64,000 nt of DNA from Phaeosaccion multiseriatum (lineage: Eukaryota > Protista > Ochrophyta, other classes), in contig OZ218957.1 in the NCBI GenBank assembly GCA_965112735.1, positions 1,550,001 to 1,614,000 of the forward strand. Reading direction: 5' to 3'. Shown here piece after piece: positions 56,368 through 64,000 of this stretch. The position numbers were made by a program, and so were the translations under genes. A model generated the notes under the pieces. That model worked only from the letters and a program-made list of their open reading frames with translations. It was not told where the DNA came from and did no database searches. Numbering within the stretch: position 1 is the first letter of the stretch; each line of letters begins with the position of its first letter.

Positions 56368-59300
56368 GTATATTAGAGCTTATGGGCTCAGTATTGGAGC
56401 GCTCGAGGTAAGTTGTAACCATGTGTAGATGTGTGTATGTGTGGTATTGATGGAGCGTGATGTGGAGGAGAAGAGGATGGTAAGGGTGGTAGAGTAGAGG
56501 ATAATGGGGAATGGGAAGGGAGTGAAGGGGGGAGGAGGAGATGAAGGGGTGTGGGAAGGAGTGAGGTGGTGGAGGTGATAGGTGAACTATCCTGCTGTGG
56601 GTGGTGCGGGTGACAAGGCGTGACTAACTGTGGTTGCTATGCTGTGTGCTGATGGTCTCGCTGTCTGCTGGCTGGTGTACTCCTGCTCCTCAGGCGGCCG
56701 CTCCGTCGATGGCTCCCATGAGCCCCCAGTCGAGGGTTTCTGCTGCTTCGTGCTGCGTCATCGTGGCTCGAAGGAGGGTGCCATACCTGATCTCCCGCTG
56801 TGAGAGGGCGCGTTGAAGGGCGAGGGACAGTTGTTGGCGCAGGAGGCCCTTGATGGGGCCCGTGGCTGCCGCCGCTGCGGGGCCGAGCCCTCTTGATGCC
56901 TTGTGGATGGCCATCGCCTCGATGAGCTCGTCCGTTTGGTGGCCCAGTCTGCCGTACGTCTCAATTGCAATGCACTTCAGGGTTGAAGTCCCGGGCAGAA
57001 AACTGCCCAGGTAGTGTGTGCGCTTGCGTTCTTCGGCGGCGGCTGCTGCGTGGCCTGGCGTGGTGGAGGCCCGTCCCACGTGGGTGGGGGCGGTGGGGTT
57101 GGTGACGGTGATGTCGCAGAGGAGGTTTCTCCGCAGGGGTGCGTCCGCTCCCGGGAAGCTACCTGCGGGATAGGTCAGGTCCATGCGTAGGTCTCGTCCT
57201 GCTCGGGTGCCCGTGGGGCCGTCGAAGCAGGTCTGGTCCTCTACACGTGCTCCTCCAATGCCCACGCTGTGCATCATCCTCCCGAAGGCCTTGACGAGGA
57301 GGTGGTGCGTGTGGTTGTGGAGGCCGGTGCGGGGGCAGATGGTGGCGTGGGTGGTGCTTGCCGTGCGGGCGCAGCCTGTGCCAAGGCAGGGTGGGGGCGG
57401 GTCCGCGTATGGCGTGTTGACACCGAGGTTGCGACGAAGGGCCATGGTCCATTCTGCGGGGGCCATGGTGTTGTGGCCGTGGGGGAGCGCTCCGAGGAAG
57501 GCCATGGCGCCCCTTCCTCGCTGTGAGTGGAGTCGGGCTGTTGCAATTTCCTGTGTCTCCTCTCCCCTCTGTGCCTCTGCCGGTGTGACGTCGATGGTGG
57601 CGATGCTCTGCGTCAGCTCCTCATGGCGGCGTTTGTGGATGAAGGTGGTGAGGGCCTTCTGGACGCCGTGGGTCGGTTGACGGCCTGCCTGATGGCTCCT
57701 GCGCACGTTGCGTCGCGCTGTGTCTTGGGCTTGGTGGTCAGGCGGCTCGAGTACGCGTGAGCGGGCCTCGTCGAACTGTGCCTGACCCACTGCTTGGATG
57801 AGGGGGGCCTCAGGGACCCCCTCCTCGTGCAGGAGGTTGACGCTGTCGGCGACGCTCTTGAGGGCTCCGTTGGTGAACAGCTGGTCCGGTAGGGCGCTCT
57901 CTTGGGAGCCGTCCCGGCGTGCGGTGCGGCTGAGCAGGGGGGGGAGGGTGAGCATCTTGTTGCCAAGGTATGCTGCTGGGGCGATGTCGTGGAGGCTGGT
58001 GAGGCCGAGGCCGCCGAAGCGCCGTGCCGTATGCATTTGTAGGCGCTGTGTCTCCGTCCATGGCTCCTCTTGTGCATCTGCGGCCTGCTCCAGAGGGGGG
58101 GCATCGGGGAGGCGCATGATGTGGGCCAGTGTCGCCCTGTTGGTGCGGTCTGCCCTGCTGCCGAGGGCGCGTCGGAAGATGGAGGGGTCAATGGCTCTCG
58201 CCAGGTGTGTGAGCCTGGCTGGGAGGCATTGGAGGAGGACGAGGGTGGCCGCCTGGGTGTTGTCCCACTCGCTGCAGTGTTTGGCGAGTTGGAGGTAGCC
58301 CCTGGGGTCTTCTTGGCCGAGGATGTTGCGGAGGTACTCTTCGATGTACTCCTCCGTGCCGACGGGGATGCCGGCTACCACGGTACCCTCGGTGGCAAGT
58401 GTGGCGCCCTGCCGTTGGGCGTGGTCCCTGTCAGCCTGTGTTGGCTGCTTGCCTTTGCCCATGAGGTAAACCGTTTTCCTCTCGTTGAACTCGAGGCCCA
58501 AGCCTCGGAATTGGGCTTGGAGATGGGCATGGCGTGGGGCGTAGGTCTCTAGGGGTGCGTCGGGTTCCAGCTGGTCCATGAGGTCGTCTGCGTAGGCGGA
58601 GATGGTGGGGCGGTTCGCTGCGGTGTCGGCTGTGTTCTGAACTTTCAGCACTGGGTGGATGGCGGCTGCGAACATGAGAGGCCCTTCTGGTGCTCCTTGG
58701 TTGACTCCGGAGCTCTGGTGGATGGTCTGGGTGCCGTCTGGTGTGAGGGCGTTGTGGGCGGAGGCGTGGGAGAGGCTGGCGATGGCGTAGTTGATGCCTG
58801 CTGGGTCGATGGTAGGGAGTGCGCCTGAGGCAAGGACGCCTCTGGCACGCGACACGCGGGTGTAGGCCTTGGTGATGTCATGCAGCACGACGGTTTTGCC
58901 GGCATCGTGCGCTAGCTGGGCTGCTGCGGCGTGTGTTTCCCCTCCGCCTCTGACCGCTACCGCTAGCTGTCCTGCGCTTCTGAGCTCTAGGCCCACCCTG
59001 TCCGCGATGAGCTTCATGTGACAGCTCTCCACGAGGCTGCGGTAGAGGTTGGGGGATGTCACAGGACGCGCTTTCTCGCCGAGGGCTGCGGCGCTGGTGC
59101 TGAACCACCGTTTGGCGAGCTGTGGAGGCAGTGGAGTGTCCCCCGTTCGGAGCAGCTCGTAGGTGTCAGTCAGAGCCTCCACGATTGCGTACTCCTGGGG
59201 GCTGTCCGGGGGTACTTGACGTGGCTCGCCCTGCGCCCGTCTGCTCCTTGGCCCTTCCAGTAGTTGACCCTCCGGTAGGTCAGCAGCATGGCTGTGCTGA

Positions 59301-62300
59301 TCTCCTCTCTGGTGACGTCGTTGCCATTCTCGGGGTGCTCCTGCACCTGGGTTCTGGCGTACTCCCTGGCTGCTGTTGCTGCTGTGTTGATCTCTTCGAG
59401 GCTCTCGTCGACGTGCGCTTGCTGGAGGCGTCGAAAGGTCTCGTGTGTGGGAGGGAGGTGGCCGTCTCTGCTCTTTGTGCTGAGCCTCGCCGCGGCCTTG
59501 TGCAGGCCTCCGGGTTTGGTGAGCAGGTGGGCGCAGGTTTCTCTCCGTCGCTCCTCTGTCTGTGCCTGTGCTGGGGGTGGTGGGCGGCGTGCGTGTGCTG
59601 TGGCTATCGCTGCTTGTGCGAGTGGGGCGATGTCGAGGTCGAGGACCATCTGTATCCGCTGCTGGCGGCTGTAGGCTCCGTCTTTAGAGAAGAGCATGGC
59701 AGGGAGGAGGTGGTGGAAGACATCCCATGCCAGAAGGGTGTGGAGGGTGGCGTCGGTGGGTCCGTTCTTGTGGGCCCTCAGCGCCCTGTTCCAGTTGTTG
59801 AGCGCTCTTTGCTGTAAGCTGATAATCAAGCTTACGTGGCGGGGGTTGCACTGCGCTACTGTCTCAAACACGAGTGTTGAGAGGATGGTACCCTGCGGGT
59901 CCAGGGCCCCTAGGCGGAGGACGTTTGGGTGCTGCATGGGCCATCCTTCCTCGGGTGTATCGTCGTTGGCTGGCCCTTCTCCGTCCCCTCCGTCCCCGCC
60001 GCTACCTCCTTGGCCTCTGCTCCGTCCTCCTCCCCCTCGTCTCGCTGCTGCTGCTGTGGTTCCTTGCGTGCGTGTGCTATCTCCCCCTGCCCTTTCTCTC
60101 TGAGGTCCCCTCTCTGCTGCTGCTCCTTGTCCGTTTCCTTCCCCCCTCCCTCGTCCTCCTCTTCGTCCTTCTACTCCACTTGGCGCTGCTGCGATTGCTC
60201 CTCCTCCTCCTCCTCCTCCTTCCGCGTGCCCTCGCCCTCCTCCTCTGCCCGTGGGGGTGGTGGGTTGGTACGGGTTGAGCCTGGCCGTTGCTGTCGTGTG
60301 CTGGGGCGTTGCCGTACGCGACGGGTCCTCGTTTGGGTCTGGGCCTAGATAGGCGTTCTCGAGGTCGTTGAGGGGGCCTTGGTAGGCCGATGCTGCGTTG
60401 CCTTGGGTGAGGATGGTCCTGAGGGCGGGGATGGCTCGTTGAGCTTGGTAGCCAGCCATGCAGCCTTGCGCGGGGCAGGGGAGGTTGCCTGGTGGTATGA
60501 CGGGCTGCTGGTTGGCTCTCCTCAGTGTGGCTTGGTCGTTCAGGTGGTGAAGGAGGCACGCGGGGTGAACGGTGTGTTGGCAGCGTCGGGTGCGTACTGG
60601 CCACTCCGTGGTTGGTGCGATGAAAGGGGGGTCCGCGTCAGACATGCATATGCAGCATATCGGGGCTGGGGGGGCGGTAGGTTGGGGTGGGGGTGTGTGT
60701 CGGGTGGTGGGGGGTGGCTGGGACTGGCGGCGCCGTCCTTGGCTGGCCTGCGCGTGCTGCTGATGCGACTCTCTGCGCTCCCTCGCTAGGCGATCCCTTG
60801 CGCGGCCCATAGCTCTCCCTCCTTGTGCTGTGATGGCCTGCTCGATCGTGTGCCGGTAGCAGGGGTTGCGGCAGTAGGGGCAGAGGTGGTCGTTGCGGTT
60901 GGGGTACGTGCTCATGACTCCCAATGCGCAGTGGTTGTGCACGTGATGTTCGTCTTCGTGCATGGCGACTTGTGCTTGGCCAGTGAGCGGTTCCATACAC
61001 ACCGGGCAGTTGGGTAGCTCCTCGTTGTTGGTGGGGTCGCCTCCTCCTTCTGCTTCGTCACCTCCTCCCTCTGCTTGCCCTTCCCCTCCTTCTGCCGCTG
61101 CTTCCCGTGCCAGTGCTGGGCGCTCTCCTCCGCCTCTGCTGTTTTCGCCCTCTCCCCCCCCTGCTACTACTCTTCCGTCGCGGTCTCCTCGTCCCCCTCC
61201 CCTGTGTCCCGCTCGCTCTCCTCTCCCTTCTCCCTCCGGGTCGTGCTCCCGTGTAGTGTCTGTCCCACCTGCTCTTGTCGGTGGGGGCATGCTGCGAGCT
61301 CGTGGTGGGATGGTTGACGATGCCGGGAGGTGTGCTGCTTCGTATGCTCGTATGCATGTGTGGCATATGGGCTGCCGTAGGCCTGCTTGCGGGAAGCTTC
61401 TGAGGAGGGATCTGCCGGAGTTTCTGTGGGCCAGGTTGCCGCATCCACGTATACAGTCACGTAGCTGATACGTTCTGTTCTGTGGTCCGCTCTGTGGGCC
61501 GTTGGCGCGGTACCACAGGATTGACGCGGCCTGGGGGTGGTGTTCGCGCATCCATCGTTCCCACTCTCGGCCGCGGTTGGGGTGGTGGCTCAACTGGTGC
61601 CTGTTGAGGCGGTCTCTGGACCTGCCGACCGTGACGAAGGTGTCATTGCACTGTTCGAAGTTGCAGAGGACTCCCGTGGCGATGTAGTTGTTGTCAATGT
61701 TCCTGCGGTACGCTGTGGTGTTGTTGTGGGTGTCGTCCGTCTGTGGCGTGGTTGTGTCACTGTGGGTGGGGGTGTTGGCGGTCCTGGTGCGGTTCCCCGG
61801 GGGGCCTGCCTCGTGCGTAAGGCGAGGGCTTGCCCCGGCGCCCACCACGGTGTGGCCATGGTGTTGGCGAAGGGGGAGGTGGTGGTGTTGTTGGTGTGGT
61901 CGCGTAGGGCGTGGCCGTAGCGCTCAACGATGGCTTGGACGTCGGGTAATACCGCGATGAGTTCCTCCTGTCGTGAGGCGGTGATGTAGTCGTTGACCAA
62001 CTCGTTGGAGGTGATCTCTTGGCCTGCGAGCGTGTGGGCATAGGCCTCTACGATCTGTTGCCATCCAAGGGGGTAATCTCCTCCCCCATGTGGTCTTCCG
62101 GGGGTGGTGGGGGGGCCTCCGCTCCTTAGAGCTTGTCTGAGGAGGGGCATATAGAAGTGCGAGTTGGTAGGCGGGAGCGCCGCGTCGCGCTGGTGGCGTA
62201 TGGTGTTGCTCCATGTCGTTGGTGCGTGTCCATGCGTGTCTGTTTCGAGTGATGCTGTCTCTTCCTCGTGCGTCGTGGGGGGTGGTCGTACGAGGTCGGC

Positions 62301-62644
62301 GATGGCCTCGGCCGTGTTGTGGTGGGTCAGTTCCGTCGCGGTGAGGTTTAGGCTTGCGAACTCAGCGCTGATGCGTCGGCTGGCGGATGCTGGCGCTTGT
62401 TCGTTGAAGAAGAGGTTCGGGTGTTGCCGTATGGGGGTCGTGGCTGTGAGGTGGGTGTCTTCGTATTCGTCTTGGAGGATGGAGACGATTTGCTCTGTGA
62501 TCCCGTGTGCGTTTCTGTGAGTTGACGCGTTGGTGGTTTGGGCTGGATCTGAGGCTCGGAAAGTGGCGGTTGGCCTTTCCGGGCTGCGTGCTCGGGGGGT
62601 CCTGCTTCGTCCCCTTGGCCTCGTGGTTGGCTGCATGGGTGCTG
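56368..62644 (-). mobile_element. Copy 11, near full length, 5'-truncated (~6.3 kb; type B)
   Basis: ORFs 56690-59182, 59170-61848 and 61590-62675; followed by target unit 62643-62722. Confidence 0.95.
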
Positions 62645-62722
62645 AGAAGAAGCAGGTCCAAGGAGGATTGTGCACTAGGCACGGAGCTGTGAGAAAGACG
62701 TGTACTGTGGAGGGGTGTGAGA

Positions 62723-64000
62723 TGTATATTAGAGCTTATGGGCTCAGTATTGGAGCGCTCGAGGTAAGTTGTAACCATGTGTAGATGCGTGTATGTGTGG
62801 TATTGATGGAGCGTGAGGTGGAGGGGAAGAGGATGGTAAGGGTGGTAGAGTAGAGGATAATGGGGAATGGGAAGGGAGTGAAGGGGGGAGGAGGAGATGA
62901 AGGGGTGTGGGAAGGAGTGAGGTGGTGGAGGTGATATGTGAACTAGCCTACTGTGGGTGGTGCGGGTGACAAGGCGTGACTAACTGTGGTTGCTATGCTG
63001 TGTGCTGATGGTCTCGCTGTCTGCTGGCTGGTGTACTCCTGCTCCTCAGGCGGCCGCTCCGTCGATGGCTCCCATGAGCCCCCAGTCGAGGGTTTCTGCT
63101 GCTTCGTGCTGCGTCATGGTGGCTCGAAGGAGGGTGCCATACCTGATCTCCCGCTGTGAGAGGGCGCGTTGAAGGGCGAGGGACAGTTGTTGGCGCAGGA
63201 GGCCCTTGATGGGGCCCGTGGCTGCCGCCGCTGCGGGGCCGAGCCCTCTTGATGCCTTGTGGATGGCCATCGCCTCGATGAGCTCGTCCGTTTGGTGGCC
63301 CAGTCTGCCGTACGTCTCGATTGCAATGCACTTCAGGGTTGAAGTCCCGGGCAGAAAACTGCCCAGGTAAACTGCCCAGGTAGTGGGTGCGCTTGCGTTC
63401 TTCGGCGGCGGCTGCTGCGTGGCCTGGCGTGGTGGAGGCCCGTCCCACGTGAGTGGGGGCGGTGGGGTTGGTGACGGTGATGTCGCAGAGGAGGTTTCTC
63501 CGCAGGGGTGCGTCCGCTCCCGGGAAGCTACCTGCGGGATAGGTCAGGTCCATGCGTAGGTCTCGGCCTGCTCGGGTGCCCGTGGGGCCGTCGAAGCAGG
63601 TCTGGTCCTCTACACGTGCTCCTCCAATGCCCACGCTGTGCATCATCCTCCCGAAGGCCTTGACGAGGAGGTGGTGTGTGTGGTTGTGGAGGCCGGTGCG
63701 GGGGCAGATGGTGGCGTGGGTAGTGCTTGCCGTGCGGGCGCAGCCTGTGCCAAGGCAGGGTGGGGGCGGGTCCGCGTATGGCGTGTTGACACCGAGGTTG
63801 CGACGAAGGGCCATGGTCCATTCTGCGGGGGCCATGGTGTTGTGGCCGTGGGGGAGCGCTCCGAGGAAGGCCATGGCGCCCCTTCCTCGCTGTGAGTGGA
63901 GTCGGGCTGTTGCCATTTCCTGTGTCTCCTCTCCCCTCTGTGCCTCTGCCGGTGTGACGTCGATGGTGGCGATGCTCTGCGTCAGCTCCTCATGGCGGCG
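62723..64000 (-). mobile_element. Copy 12, continues beyond the window; a 13-bp duplication disrupts the endonuclease frame
   Basis: 3' UTR plus the endonuclease region; aaactgcccaggt occurs twice at 63356-63381. Confidence 0.93.

Noticed and set aside
18985-59215. Frameshifts in copies 1, 4, 6, 8, 9 and 11 as evidence of two-ORF structure or pseudogenisation
   Set aside because: They fall in G/C homopolymer runs that differ by one base between near-identical copies, and copy 3 is fully open. Long-read error is a likely cause and cannot be separated from real mutation here.
15121-62780. CRISPR-like reading of the recurring TGTGAGATGTATATTAGAGC motif with variable neighbours
   Set aside because: The constant part is the retrotransposon 3' end, the variable parts are related zinc-finger repeat units, spacing is irregular (up to several kb), no cas genes are present and the context is eukaryotic.
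15490-63895. Numerous short plus-strand and alternative-frame ORFs repeated in each element copy
   Set aside because: These are shadow ORFs of a GC-rich coding strand with no recognisable motifs. They recur only because the copies are nearly identical.

Overview
Eukaryotic, GC-rich, intron-containing DNA; the repeat motifs and intron style suggest a stramenopile or alga, which is an inference. A ~8.5 kb host block (about 6.35-14.9 kb) holds a PI31-like proteasome regulator, a divergent RRP46/EXOSC5 gene with a complete 5S rRNA gene in intron 2, and one unknown ORF. The block is bracketed by two inverted, paralogous arrays of a ~75-81 bp repeat encoding a C-x4-C-x9-C-x2-H zinc-finger unit (KRCTVEGCEKHSQQGGLCSSHGAV, WRKY19-like). 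A ~6.7 kb single-ORF non-LTR retrotransposon (CRE-like RT plus restriction-like endonuclease, with a C2H2 finger and two RING-like domains) has inserted antisense at one position of that repeat, ...TGTGAGA|. There are 12 head-to-tail copies from 15.2 kb to the window end and 2 in the inverted left array, so most repeat units on the right are occupied. Nested in these arrays are a chromodomain Ty3/gypsy element (1-5421) and a 6.3 kb composite of two related, apparently self-priming, non-autonomous LTR elements fused head-to-head inside one 4-bp TSD (47730-54040). All calls come from manual reading; no searches or alignments were run.
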